A stretch of DNA of 64,000 nt, from the IMG/VR virus record IMGVR_UViG_2900588628_000001, positions 29,161 to 93,160 of that record. One strand, written 5' to 3'. The notes below the pieces were generated by a model, which worked only from the letters and a program-made list of their open reading frames with translations, did no database searches and had not been told where the DNA came from. Source of the stretch: a virus (Duplodnaviria > Caudoviricetes). Below, piece by piece: positions 19,508-31,243 of this stretch (positions are counted from its first letter, which is position 1; each line of letters begins with the position of its first letter). Made by a program: the position numbers and the translations under genes.

Positions 19508-19869
19508 TCGTCTATCTCGCGAAACTGAAAACCCGCAAGGAAATGGAGCAGACCATACCGCGCGATGAGTGGGGTTGGTGGCACGACGTATGCCCCGGCG
19601 AAACGCTCATTCTGCGCGACGCAACGGAGGGCGATTTCAAGCGCGTCACCATGAATGAGAACACTTCGACCGACCCGACCGACTACCTGTGCGAGACGTG
19701 CGAGCGGCCCGCGCTCGTGAGTCGCAAGGCCGTCGAATGGCTCTCGATTATGGTGCCCGTCACGCACACCGGCGCAACGGTCACGCGCGACAACACGATG
19801 CTCACGAAGGCATACGCGCGCGAGGTTTCGGAACACGAGGCCCGCGAGCGCGCGAAAGCGGAGCTATAA
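19504..19869 (+). CDS. hypothetical phage protein
   Basis: GTGA-coupled ORF. Confidence 0.6.
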   Translation: MIVYLAKLKTRKEMEQTIPRDEWGWWHDVCPGETLILRDATEGDFKRVTMNENTSTDPTDYLCETCERPALVSRKAVEWLSIMVPVTHTGATVTRDNTMLTKAYAREVSEHEARERAKAEL

Positions 19870-19896
19870 AGCTATCTCCCACAACAGGAGATAATC

Positions 19897-20148
19897 ATGT
19901 CCGCTGAATTTGACACCCGTCGTCAGCCCACGCCCGTATGTCCGACATGCGGCCACGCGCTCACAACCAATGAACTGTCCGGCATCTTGTCGGACCTCGA
20001 AGGCTCGCCGGTTGACCTCGTTCGCCTGGCACCCGATGAGAAGTTCGCACAGATTGCGTGCCCGGTTGCCGAGTGCTGTACGCCGTACTGGATCAGCGGC
20101 GGCTATGTGCCGCTGTATGCGACCGGGCTGACGCGCGACGACGTCTAA
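19897..20148 (+). CDS. zinc-ribbon protein
   Basis: AGGAG RBS; CPTC...CPVAECC. Confidence 0.65.
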   Translation: MSAEFDTRRQPTPVCPTCGHALTTNELSGILSDLEGSPVDLVRLAPDEKFAQIACPVAECCTPYWISGGYVPLYATGLTRDDV

Positions 20149-20169
20149 CCTGCATTCCCTTTTCGCCCC

Positions 20170-20979
20170 ATGACTCACTACCCGATGAACAACACGGCCG
20201 CGAACGCACTGCGCGCGGCATTCGAGCGCGCGTACGAGCACGGTGACATACCCTTGCTCATGCCGCACGAGCCCGCGCAGCCGTCGCTCGCGCGTGTCTC
20301 GCCGACCACGAACGAGAGGGCGGCGCGCGTTATCGAGCGCTGCCGGTTCCACATTACCGGGTACGTGCTCAGTGACACATGGGAATTGCGCAAGGCCATC
20401 GTTGAGGAAGGCGCGGTGCGCTGGCTTCCCAATCGCGAGGATTTCACGCGCGTAATGCAATGGCAGGACACGAAAGGCCCGAACACGCCGCCCGATGAGG
20501 CAATCGGCGATGAGCTTATCGGCACGGCCGCGCAGGCCGTCAGCGCGCCGCCGATGGTTATCGCCGCGCCCGCTGCGCCGTCGCGCCCGGTTCTCACCGC
20601 GCCGCCGTCCGCGCGCCTGCTCGAATCGACAGAGGAAGCGCTTGGCGTGCTCGCGGGCGAGCTTGGATGCGTTCGCAACGAGGATATCCCGCACAACGCG
20701 GGCTGGTTCGTGCCCGGCAAGGCCAAAGCCTACGCCAGCGCGCTCGATGCCATCAAAGGGCTGGTTTCGAGCCTGAAAGCGGGCGGAACGGTGTATGAGA
20801 AAAAGGCCGCCGCGCCAAAGGCTGATGTGCCGGGCGACGTCGCCCACACAGACGCGATGCTTGGACGCGTCGCGAGTGAAATCAGCCAGGTACGTTTCGA
20901 CAATGAAAAGGCCGGGCTGACTGCGCCGGTCAAGAAAAAGAGCGCGCCCGTCGATGACAGACAGGACGCGCTTTTCTAG
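20170..20979 (+). CDS. hypothetical protein ending in QDALF
   Basis: 269 aa; last gene before the convergent collagen cassette. Confidence 0.7.
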   Translation: MTHYPMNNTAANALRAAFERAYEHGDIPLLMPHEPAQPSLARVSPTTNERAARVIERCRFHITGYVLSDTWELRKAIVEEGAVRWLPNREDFTRVMQWQDTKGPNTPPDEAIGDELIGTAAQAVSAPPMVIAAPAAPSRPVLTAPPSARLLESTEEALGVLAGELGCVRNEDIPHNAGWFVPGKAKAYASALDAIKGLVSSLKAGGTVYEKKAAAPKADVPGDVAHTDAMLGRVASEISQVRFDNEKAGLTAPVKKKSAPVDDRQDALF

Positions 20980-21682
20980 GCGGGATTGAGCGCGACGTTG
21001 ATCGCGCCATACGCATACGACACGTTGAACGTGCCGGGCGCGGGAGTCTGCGCACCGGCCGCGACAGCCGCGTTAGAGAGCGCGCCGAACGACGATTCAG
21101 CATCGTAGTTCGAACCTTGGTTGTACTGTGACGTCGATGAGACGCCCATCGTATAACCGGCTGGCGGCGTGAACACATTCGACACGCTGCCCGAAAAACT
21201 CCCCCCTTGCCCCGCGATCAGCAGCAGATACAGCGCTTTCGGCAGCGTGATCGCAGGGAACACGCACGACGTCGCAGCCGTCGCCTTCTTCGTCACCGGA
21301 ACGACGGAATTGATCGGGTCGGACTGGTTGACGCCGGACAGATTCAGAATGCCGATGTTGACGGATTTGACCGTCGCGCCGCTGAATGTGTACGACGCGG
21401 GCTCGCTCGCGGTCGCGATCTTGTAGAAGCCGCCGATAAAGCCGTTGTCGTTGTGCGTGGTGAAAATGAGCGACGTGTGCAGCGTCCACCCCGCGCACGC
21501 GAGCGAGAGCGGGCTTTTCGTGTCATCGCAGGTGAACAGCGCATAGAGCAGGTTGCCCGCGACGATGCCGGACGGTGCCGGAATCGTCGCGCTGCTTGTC
21601 TGCGAGCCGCCGTTAGACGAAGACACTACCTGAATGCCCGAGCCTGCGGGCGGCGCGCGATAGCGCGTTACTGCGGGAATCA

Positions 21683-21686
<4 letters not shown>
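20976..21686 (-). CDS. beta-rich Ser/Thr/Gly protein, probable fibre-tip/adhesin module
   Basis: [26 protein letters not shown]; coupled to the collagen gene. Confidence 0.6.
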
Positions 21687-23943
<2,257 letters not shown>

Positions 23944-24141
23944 GGTGTGCAAAGCCTTGGAAGGTGGGCGATGGCCTGCCTGTACGCCTCTGCACGGTTG
24001 CCCTCACATGGATCAACTACGGAGCATCGTTGCGAAGTGCCGTAGCCGAGCTTGGTGCGTGAGCGCAGGGAGACAGGCCATCGCGGAAACGTGCGGCGGG
24101 GCGGCGCGCTTGCGTGATAACCCGTTAGGACTACTTAAGGC

Positions 24142-24169
24142 ATTTGACATAAACTAAATTATCAAACTC
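24142..24169 (-). other. dif: dif-like XerC/XerD recombination site
   Basis: - strand GAGTTTGATAA-TTTAGT-TTATGTCAAAT: 11-6-11 architecture; XerD arm one base from E. coli TTATGTTAAAT; intergenic. Confidence 0.8.
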
Positions 24170-24318
24170 TCAAATGCGAGTCGGTGAGAGTGCGCGAATC
24201 CGAATCAATTCCCATTGATCCGCTCGACCGTCCCCACGTTCGAGCGGCTATGCCGCGCATGTCCTGCGTTTGTTCTGCGGCACTTCGCGCTGCGGTTGGT
24301 CCCCATAACTCGACGTCA

Positions 24319-24362
24319 ATTGTCCGGCTCGATACGGCCTGATACGGCTTGGGTTTTCCTAC
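24319..24362 (-). promoter_or_regulatory. putative late promoter (collagen cassette)
   Basis: GTAGGAAAAC-N28-GACAAT on - strand. Confidence 0.65.
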
Positions 24363-24377
24363 GGCCCTAAAAACCGC

Positions 24378-24407
24378 TTGACACAACCAAACGTGACAAC
24401 ATACATT
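24378..24407 (+). promoter_or_regulatory. sigma70-type promoter with CGTGACAACATAC motif
   Basis: TTGACA-N18-TACATT. Confidence 0.75.
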
Positions 24408-24631
24408 TGAGCCCTAGCAGCAATCTCGCTGCTTTGAACTAGATGAGGATTCCCATGCTTCTGCGCTCATTCAACTATCGCGACCACTCAATAATAATGA
24501 CCGCGCTGCGTGTGCAGTTTGTGCGCAGCGCTTCCGCCCAGGCGTGCCGAGCGGCACTGTCTGAGATAAGACCTCTGTATCAGAGGCACCGCACACGTAA
24601 GTCTCCAGACATATAGATTGCGGGAAAGAAA

Positions 24632-24853
24632 ATGAGGCCATCGGCCAGAGAATTAAACGAAGCGATTAACGCGTACTCGCGCGCAATCAGAGTCACCCCG
24701 CCGCTGATCCAACGCCTCACTGTCGCAGTTGCGCAGGATCTGGCTAACGAAATGGGCGGCGCGGTGCGCATCATCCTGCCGGGCGGCATCGTCATCGAGC
24801 GCGGCCCGCAGGACACCAACGTAAAAGACGCTCGCACGTTGTTGCGGGCATGA
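24632..24853 (+). CDS. hypothetical protein
   Basis: 73-aa ORF at start of operon. Confidence 0.5.
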   Translation: MRPSARELNEAINAYSRAIRVTPPLIQRLTVAVAQDLANEMGGAVRIILPGGIVIERGPQDTNVKDARTLLRA

Positions 24854-24860
24854 GGGAGCT

Positions 24861-25517
24861 ATGACGGACACAACCAAACGCGAGCCGATAATATCGGCCG
24901 ACCTGATCGCGCGCACGAAAGACGCGGCGCGCGAGGTATTCAAGGGCTCATGCTCGACGGCCGACGACGTCATCGAATACATGGGCGGGGTGTTTCAGGT
25001 TGCACTCGACCGCAACGCCGCCAATGCTGCGCCTGATCTATGGCAACCGATTGCGACTGCGCCGCGCGACGGCTCGAACATCCTGATTAAGTTCGGCAGC
25101 GATGGTGTCTCTCAGGCGAAGTACACGCCGGGATGGGCGTGGCCTTGGATTTTCATCGACACGAACGACGGCATTACGTGGATGATTAATCGCGCCGTCG
25201 ATGGGCCGGGCGGCCCCTCGCACTGGATGCCGATGCCCGATAGCAAGCCGTGCCGATGCCGCCGCCTTGGCGACTGGAATGGCTTGCACCACCCGCTTTG
25301 CAGTGAAGCGCCTGCATATGCAAGCGCAGGCCCGCGCGCCGTCTCCGATACCGACATTCGCATGCTTCACTCGCTCGCGGGGTACATGGCGAATCGCGAC
25401 GATTCGCCGATGGCGGCGAGCGACCTCGCAAACCTCGCCGAACGGCTGCGTGCATTCCTGCCTAAGGGCGCGCTGCTGACTCCCATGACTGCCGCACAGG
25501 AGAGCCGCAATGTCTGA
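24861..25517 (+). CDS. DUF551-like phage protein
   Basis: WQPIATAPRDG...PSHWMPMP. Confidence 0.75.
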   Translation: MTDTTKREPIISADLIARTKDAAREVFKGSCSTADDVIEYMGGVFQVALDRNAANAAPDLWQPIATAPRDGSNILIKFGSDGVSQAKYTPGWAWPWIFIDTNDGITWMINRAVDGPGGPSHWMPMPDSKPCRCRRLGDWNGLHHPLCSEAPAYASAGPRAVSDTDIRMLHSLAGYMANRDDSPMAASDLANLAERLRAFLPKGALLTPMTAAQESRNV

Positions 25518-26292
25518 AAGAAACGATGCCGCGTTTTATCTGCGCGCTGCGCTCGACTGGATCGACCACATTCCGCGCGAGGTTGCGGATGCTCTGCCCG
25601 CTATGCCCGGCTTTGACCGTGATGAGGCAGAGACAGCCATCAAGCGAGCGGAATCCCCGGCCGTCATCGGCGACCATGCTCGACTCGAATCTAGCGTAAC
25701 CGCTGAATGGCTTGAGGGCTACATTGAAAAGTGGCGCGACGCAAAGCCCGAGGAAATGAAGGCCTTGCCAGAAAGTGAACTGTACCAACTGTTGCAAATC
25801 ACCCGGTACAACATCATTGATATTGCGGAAGTTGCAAGAACCGCACTATCCACGCCCGCCGCGCCGCCCCGCTTCCCCACCATGCTGCGCAAAATGTGGA
25901 GCGGTCGCGAGGTGCAGGAATGGCTCGATGCGAATGTGCCGCAGTTGAGCGGTGCGAGCGCGCATGAAGCAGCCACGACCGCAGGCGGCCATATGGTCTA
26001 CGGCTCACTCGAAGCTATTCAAGCCGTCGTTAGCCTGCGAATCAAGGCAAGCCAGCAAGCCGCACCGACGAGCGCGCCCGCCGCCATCGTGCGCGAAAAC
26101 CCCGACGATATCGGCACGATCATCGAAGCATCGCGCCCGCTCAACGTCGGAACCAAGCTGTACACGCACGGCAGCACGCTCGATGCGAACGCGGAAATGC
26201 TGCGCTCGCGCGGTCTGAATTACTACGCACCGGACGGCACGTTTATGAACGCCGACGGCACCCGCTCGATCTTTGATGACGTAGACCAATGA
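25510..26292 (+). CDS. mosaic early phage protein
   Basis: 260 aa, coupled; FPTMLRKMWSGREVQEWL module. Confidence 0.7.
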   Translation: MSERNDAAFYLRAALDWIDHIPREVADALPAMPGFDRDEAETAIKRAESPAVIGDHARLESSVTAEWLEGYIEKWRDAKPEEMKALPESELYQLLQITRYNIIDIAEVARTALSTPAAPPRFPTMLRKMWSGREVQEWLDANVPQLSGASAHEAATTAGGHMVYGSLEAIQAVVSLRIKASQQAAPTSAPAAIVRENPDDIGTIIEASRPLNVGTKLYTHGSTLDANAEMLRSRGLNYYAPDGTFMNADGTRSIFDDVDQ

Positions 26293-26738
26293 CCAAAATT
26301 TGCAACGACTGCCGCAGTGAGCACCCGCTGCATGACGTGGATTGCCCGGTTGCCGTCGCGGCCGTGGCGGCGCGTGAGAACAAGCTGCGCACTGCCCTGC
26401 TCACGCTCGAAGGGCTTGGCTACACGTACACCGATGGCGCGGAACGCTGGAGGCCGCCCATTGGTCCGCGCCCGGAATGGCTCGATGAGCCCGGCCCGCC
26501 GCTCAGTGAAGCGGAGGAAACGCGCATCGCGAATCTCGCTATCGAAGCGGTCACGAAAAGCGGTGTCGCCACGATGACGCGCGAGCAGAAAACGGCGTAT
26601 CTGACGATGATCGGCCAGGCGGCGCACCAGTTGCTGCGCTCCGTTGAGGGCGATGCGTATGTGCGCGGATGGCTCGACGCCTCGATTGTTGACCTCAAGC
26701 GAGCCCCTTTCCTCACATTCAGGAAACTCGACGCATGA
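26289..26738 (+). CDS. hypothetical phage protein
   Basis: ATGA-coupled. Confidence 0.7.
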   Translation: MTKICNDCRSEHPLHDVDCPVAVAAVAARENKLRTALLTLEGLGYTYTDGAERWRPPIGPRPEWLDEPGPPLSEAEETRIANLAIEAVTKSGVATMTREQKTAYLTMIGQAAHQLLRSVEGDAYVRGWLDASIVDLKRAPFLTFRKLDA

Positions 26739-27112
26739 GCACCTTCGCCGACCCCTTGCGCCGCCTGAGTGCCGCGCTTCTGGAGCAAGGCTACAAAACG
26801 CGTGTGAGCATCCCGACGGATGATCTTTCCGACCTGCTCACCGAATTTCAACGCAGCGACCGTATCGCGCGCGCCGGTATGATGCACACGGCAGAGGGCA
26901 TGCAGCGTCATCCGTTGCGCGAGCGCTTCGAGGCGTTTTTCCGCACGCACCCAAGCGCCGAGGGCATTGAACCTGATTCGTCGGCGCACGCTATCGGCAG
27001 CGATGGCAAATACACATGGGCGCACAAGCAAGACATGTGGGACGCGTATCAGGCGGCAATCACGCCGGTAACGTTGCCCGACGACAAGGGAAATCATGAG
27101 CAAACGATTTGA
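26735..27112 (+). CDS. hypothetical phage protein
   Basis: ATGA-coupled. Confidence 0.65.
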   Translation: MSTFADPLRRLSAALLEQGYKTRVSIPTDDLSDLLTEFQRSDRIARAGMMHTAEGMQRHPLRERFEAFFRTHPSAEGIEPDSSAHAIGSDGKYTWAHKQDMWDAYQAAITPVTLPDDKGNHEQTI

Positions 27113-27464
27113 GTTCGAGCGGTTCGACCTGCGCGGGTGCGCCTGCGACGAATGCGATACGGGCGTGACGCCTCGCGCCGAGTTCGATGGTGAATGGGTC
27201 AAGGCGCAGGACGCGCTCGACCGTGAGGCCGTATTGCAGGCGCGGATTAGCACGCTGGAAGTGCAGTTGAAAGACCGCTGGAAATACTTCAACGAAGCGC
27301 TCGCGCGCATCGAAGTGCTGACGAACAAGCCGCGCGCGGACCCGCAGTTAGACCATATCGACGCTGACGAACTGACGTTCGATGACTGGCTCGCGGAGTT
27401 GACGGATAGTGACAAAGACGCGTTGCTGCGCGAATTGTGGGAAAGCAAACGGGGCAACGCATGA
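27096..27464 (+). CDS. hypothetical phage protein
   Basis: AAGGG RBS; overlaps neighbours. Confidence 0.65.
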   Translation: MSKRFEFERFDLRGCACDECDTGVTPRAEFDGEWVKAQDALDREAVLQARISTLEVQLKDRWKYFNEALARIEVLTNKPRADPQLDHIDADELTFDDWLAELTDSDKDALLRELWESKRGNA

Positions 27465-27670
27465 GCGTCGTCTATACCGCTGACGTGTTCTGCGACGGCG
27501 ACGGTTGCAGCATGTGGACACATGGCGCGACCGCTGCCGATCCGCCGACCATGCGCGAGGCGCGCGCGAATGCCGCAAAAGATCGTTTCGTGCGCCACAA
27601 GGGCAAGGACTATTGCCCCTCGTGCGCGAAATCCCTTGGCCTGCTACCCGCGAAGACTAAGCATGATTGA
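27461..27670 (+). CDS. small Zn-binding protein
   Basis: CDGDGC...DYCPSC. Confidence 0.6.
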   Translation: MSVVYTADVFCDGDGCSMWTHGATAADPPTMREARANAAKDRFVRHKGKDYCPSCAKSLGLLPAKTKHD

Positions 27671-27896
27671 CCTATTCGGCGAAGTGCCGGAAAAGCCGCG
27701 TGCGCCGCGCGTGCTTCGAATGCACGTAGTAGATGCAGGCGATAGCGACGATGACGGCGCGCCAGTGATCGCGAAATTCGCGTGCGCGCGTTGCGGCACT
27801 AAGACAGACTGGGTAACGTGCACTTACAGCGACGCGAAGCGCGGCATCCCCTGCGACACCTGCAATAACCCGCCCACTCAAAAGGAGGCACCGTGA
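27663..27896 (+). CDS. small Zn-ribbon protein
   Basis: MIDLFG...CARC...CDTC. Confidence 0.6.
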   Translation: MIDLFGEVPEKPRAPRVLRMHVVDAGDSDDDGAPVIAKFACARCGTKTDWVTCTYSDAKRGIPCDTCNNPPTQKEAP

Positions 27897-28087
27897 GCGA
27901 AGATCGATGCACGAAATGCAAAGGCCTCATTCGGCCGTACCATGAAGCAATCCTAGACGACAACGACAAGATGGCACACAAAACCTGCCCGACGGACCTG
28001 TTTGGCAAGCCCGTCGATGATGAGTTTGTCGGCGGCGCGCCCCGCGATCTTTTCTCGACCCTTGGCCTTGAACCCGACGTGAGGTAA
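27893..28087 (+). CDS. small Zn-binding protein
   Basis: AAGGAGG RBS; CTKC...HKTC. Confidence 0.6.
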   Translation: MSEDRCTKCKGLIRPYHEAILDDNDKMAHKTCPTDLFGKPVDDEFVGGAPRDLFSTLGLEPDVR

Positions 28088-28089
28088 GC

Positions 28090-28263
28090 GTGAGCACGAA
28101 AAAGGAATCTCCCGTCGTGCGCGATTTGCTTGAGGAAGCCTTTCGCATCCTGCAGCACGACACAGGCGAACACAATGAGGAATACGTGTATCTGCGCGGC
28201 CAGCTTGCCAAGTCGTTCGAGCAAATCCTGAATCGCCATCGCACGAACGGACGCCAGAAGTGA
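28090..28263 (+). CDS. 57-aa hypothetical protein (not in ORF track)
   Basis: GAGG RBS, GTG start, MSTKKESPVVRDLLEEAF...; GTGA coupling to next gene. Confidence 0.55.
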   Translation: MSTKKESPVVRDLLEEAFRILQHDTGEHNEEYVYLRGQLAKSFEQILNRHRTNGRQK

Positions 28264-28430
28264 AGCGCGAGCCGGTCTATGTGGGCGAGCGGCTAACCGG
28301 GCACAACGTCCACTACCCGCCCGTCTATATCACCGTGCGCGACATGCGCGGCTACGATTCGATCATTCAGGCCCGCCCGGCGCGCGTGGTGTTCGAGCCG
28401 ATCAAGGGCCAGCCGGGATTATTTGAATAA
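28260..28430 (+). CDS. 56-aa protein ending QPGLFE (not in ORF track)
   Basis: Hand translation; fills the operon gap exactly. Confidence 0.55.
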   Translation: MKREPVYVGERLTGHNVHYPPVYITVRDMRGYDSIIQARPARVVFEPIKGQPGLFE

Positions 28431-28454
28431 CCCACTCAGAAAAAGGAGTCCGTT

Positions 28455-28688
28455 GTGCCGAGATTTAAATATGCAGTTGAGCAACGCCTACGCTTCATCG
28501 ACTGCCTCGTAGCGCATTACGGTTCGGTCAGTCGCGCTGTACTCATTGACTATTTCGGTATCTCGATGCCTCAGGCCACTAACGATATCCGTACCTACAT
28601 TGATGAGTGCGCGCCCGACAACATCGTCTATGACCTGAGGGCAAAAAAATACGTGCGCACGGCCAATTTCAAGCGAGTATGGGACTGA
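28455..28688 (+). CDS. stand-alone winged-HTH resembling the N-terminal domain of CapW/WYL regulators
   Basis: AAGGAG RBS; EQRLRFID...VSRAVLIDYFGISMPQATNDIRTY...APDNIVYDLRAKKYV. Confidence 0.75.
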   Translation: MPRFKYAVEQRLRFIDCLVAHYGSVSRAVLIDYFGISMPQATNDIRTYIDECAPDNIVYDLRAKKYVRTANFKRVWD

Positions 28689-28693
28689 GTGAA

Positions 28694-28722
28694 TTGCACA
28701 ATCATTCGTGACAACATACAAT
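28694..28722 (+). promoter_or_regulatory. sigma70-type promoter with CGTGACAACATAC motif
   Basis: TTGCAC-N17-TACAAT. Confidence 0.7.
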
Positions 28723-28731
28723 TAAGGCTCA

Positions 28732-29145
28732 ATGACCGCCACGAGTGATAACCGCATGAAAATCCTAGTCGATAAAGCCGCGCTCGATGCGCTGCTGAAA
28801 TCCGCGACGCCGCACCACGAGGGCAGCACGGCGGCCATCGCCGACGAACTGCGGCTAGATGACCTCGCGAGCGAGGCCGTTGCCGTGGCGGTGCGCAAAC
28901 AGGGCCGCACGCGCAAACCTAGATCGGAACCGATTGATCCGCTCGACCAACTGGCAACCATCGTTCTAGGCGTGGCCGAAGCCACGAATCGCCGCCTGAA
29001 AGCAGAGGTCGCGGCATCCGATACGGTGATGCAGGTCTACCTACGCGCGGTGCTTCACACGGCCATGCGCGCGGGTATTTTCGACCGTGTCACGGCCGCG
29101 TTTCAGGCAAAGCACGAAGCCGCCAAAGCGGAGAAAACCGAATGA
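28732..29145 (+). CDS. hypothetical protein
   Basis: 137-aa ORF right after promoter. Confidence 0.6.
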   Translation: MTATSDNRMKILVDKAALDALLKSATPHHEGSTAAIADELRLDDLASEAVAVAVRKQGRTRKPRSEPIDPLDQLATIVLGVAEATNRRLKAEVAASDTVMQVYLRAVLHTAMRAGIFDRVTAAFQAKHEAAKAEKTE

Positions 29146-29573
29146 AACGGCTGATGAGCTTTCCACAATGTGAGCCTGAGCAAATTGAAGCCGGGCACCG
29201 TGATCCTATCCCTGAATCCATCATCGTCAATGGCCGCTCCGTGCGTAACAGGTTCCGCCGTGGCGAGCGCAAGGCAGGCTATAACGTGATCGCGATTGAC
29301 GTGAAGATCACGCGGCGTTACGCGTTCGTGAAACTCACCCGCGAGGCGTATGAGCCCATCGAGCCCGATGCAGGTTCCGACGAGTGGCACATGTCATTCA
29401 CCGAAAACACCACGTACTACGCTCTATCGCCGGAAGAACTGGCGAGCGTAGAGGTTGAGATTGAGACGGCCGAAAGTCACGGCGCGCAGGTGTCGCGGCG
29501 GGCCGATCTTGCAGAAACAGTCACGCTGTCCGCTACGTTCGACTATGCCGGATATGCTGCGAGGACGTTATGA
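29142..29573 (+). CDS. hypothetical protein
   Basis: ATGA-coupled. Confidence 0.6.
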   Translation: MKRLMSFPQCEPEQIEAGHRDPIPESIIVNGRSVRNRFRRGERKAGYNVIAIDVKITRRYAFVKLTREAYEPIEPDAGSDEWHMSFTENTTYYALSPEELASVEVEIETAESHGAQVSRRADLAETVTLSATFDYAGYAARTL

Positions 29574-29728
29574 CGCAAACGGACGCCGAGCAAGCGAGGC
29601 TCAACGAATACGACGCGAACGAATGGTTCGACGTGGTTCGCTCTTTCAGGCCCGACATGACGCGCGAGCAGTTCGACGTTATGTGGGCGGATTTTCAGGA
29701 ACAGAAGCGCCTGCGCGCATTGCATTGA
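29570..29728 (+). CDS. 52-aa hypothetical protein (not in ORF track)
   Basis: GAGG RBS; MTQTDAEQARLNEYDANEWFDVVRSFRPDMTREQFDVMWADF... Confidence 0.6.
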   Translation: MTQTDAEQARLNEYDANEWFDVVRSFRPDMTREQFDVMWADFQEQKRLRALH

Positions 29729-29735
29729 GGATCAA

Positions 29736-30065
29736 ATGGGAATGCACCTTTGGGCGAAAGATGATCTGAGTACGGATCTGCGCTGGCGCGATGCAGGCGG
29801 ATTGGTTATCGCGCTCGCCCGGCCTTTCGACAACCACGCTCAACGCGATCCGTTCAGAGACGATATGGACAACATTTCGCCCGAGGCTACGGCACGCCTC
29901 GAAGCGGACGCGCCGACCGACCTAGAAGCGTTTCGCACGTATTGCCTCGAACGCCACGGCCGCCGCGAGTTTGTAGCCGCACTCGATACCGATGGCCTTA
30001 GACAGATTCGCACGTTCATTTCCGCCTGCGCGCAGCTTGGCGGCGGCATTACCGTTTCGTTTTAG
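29736..30065 (+). CDS. hypothetical protein
   Basis: GAGG RBS. Confidence 0.6.
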   Translation: MGMHLWAKDDLSTDLRWRDAGGLVIALARPFDNHAQRDPFRDDMDNISPEATARLEADAPTDLEAFRTYCLERHGRREFVAALDTDGLRQIRTFISACAQLGGGITVSF

Positions 30066-30075
30066 CGAGGATTGA

Positions 30076-30453
30076 ATGAAGGTGTCTGAACTCACCGGCG
30101 CGACGCTCGATGTATGGGTTGCTATCGCCCTGGGCGAAAAGCGCAGCGAGCGGCATATTCACAATCAGACCGCACCGCATATGTACTGGCTCGCCTATGG
30201 CGAGCGCGGCGCGGCGCGCGTGTGCCCGCAGTATTCGAGCAATCCACGCGATGCTATGACTGTCATCGAGCGATTCAAGCCAACGCTTGAATACCGCCCG
30301 GCAATCAATGAGTGGGCGTCAAACGTCCCGCACCGTGACGGCCTTTGGAGAACCGGATTCGGCGAGACGGCAGCGATTGCCGTGTGTCGTGCGGTTGTGC
30401 TGGCGCACTTTGGCTACGACGTTCAATTTGATACAAAGGATGAACCGGCATGA
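30076..30453 (+). CDS. NinX/DUF2591-family protein
   Basis: MKVSELTGATLDVWVA...YSSN...AIAVCRAVVLAHFG. Confidence 0.75.
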   Translation: MKVSELTGATLDVWVAIALGEKRSERHIHNQTAPHMYWLAYGERGAARVCPQYSSNPRDAMTVIERFKPTLEYRPAINEWASNVPHRDGLWRTGFGETAAIAVCRAVVLAHFGYDVQFDTKDEPA

Positions 30454-30725
30454 AAGTACAGTTTCACTATTCATTTGCATCGAGCGACGACCATATCGAT
30501 TTTACAATCGATCTAGATCATATTCCGCGCGAGGGAGAGTATCTCGATATCAGCCGTGATTTATTTCCATCCGATTATCCCGAGCAAAAATTGAAGGAAA
30601 AGTTCGGCGAAGAACTGGGTATTTACGGAAGTGTTTCGATGATGGTTGATTTTGTGACGCACAAAATTGGTCGATCAGGCCACGAAATCGCTATTTCGTT
30701 CGCTCTCCCCAGTGACCTCGAATGA
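30450..30725 (+). CDS. hypothetical protein (lower GC)
   Basis: ATGA-coupled. Confidence 0.6.
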   Translation: MKVQFHYSFASSDDHIDFTIDLDHIPREGEYLDISRDLFPSDYPEQKLKEKFGEELGIYGSVSMMVDFVTHKIGRSGHEIAISFALPSDLE

Positions 30726-30739
30726 TTCGATGACCCGAT

Positions 30740-31123
30740 ATGAATCAAAGTGAAATTAGCAAGGCGGTTGTTGAGGCCCTTGCACGAGCAAACGGTGCAG
30801 GATGTAATGTACGAGCAAGATACACAGAATGTGCGCTTACGGTGGGCGTGCCGGGAATGGGCGGTTTTGAATGGATTGACGCCACCCCTGAGCAGGTTCT
30901 AAGGCTGGCCGATGACCCTACGGCTATTTATGCCGAACTCGTCGGTCTCACGAAAGCTGAATACCTCGAATGGTTTGAATCGCAAGGGCTTGTCTACTGC
31001 TCAGGAACGACAGTGAAGGGGCAGCGCTGCAAAAATCCTATCGTGAGGCCTCAAGCCCTGTCGGCACAAGACTGGAAAAAGCTTCGCGAAGACGGCGGCT
31101 ACTGCCACGCACACGGCGGCTAA
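30740..31123 (+). CDS. protein with C-terminal Cys/His Zn-finger
   Basis: YCSGTTVKGQRCKNP...YCHAH. Confidence 0.65.
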   Translation: MNQSEISKAVVEALARANGAGCNVRARYTECALTVGVPGMGGFEWIDATPEQVLRLADDPTAIYAELVGLTKAEYLEWFESQGLVYCSGTTVKGQRCKNPIVRPQALSAQDWKKLREDGGYCHAHGG

Positions 31124-31150
31124 AGCCACAAACATTTTTCTAGCAGCACA

Positions 31151-31203
31151 AAGCGCTCCCTCGCCTACTCCAACGGCGCGAACAGAGGGAGCGCTTTCTT
31201 TTT
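31151..31203 (+). terminator. Rho-independent terminator
   Basis: AAGCGCTCCCTC...GAGGGAGCGCTT stem followed by T-run. Confidence 0.6.
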
Positions 31204-31243
31204 CCTAGCCTATAATTCGTGATTTTGGACCGAGCATCACGAA

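Noticed and set aside
31165-31208. Sixth late promoter (TAGGAAAAA on - strand)
   Set aside because: The hexamer 28 nt downstream (GAGTAG) is a poor -10, and the site is the T-tail of a + strand terminator.
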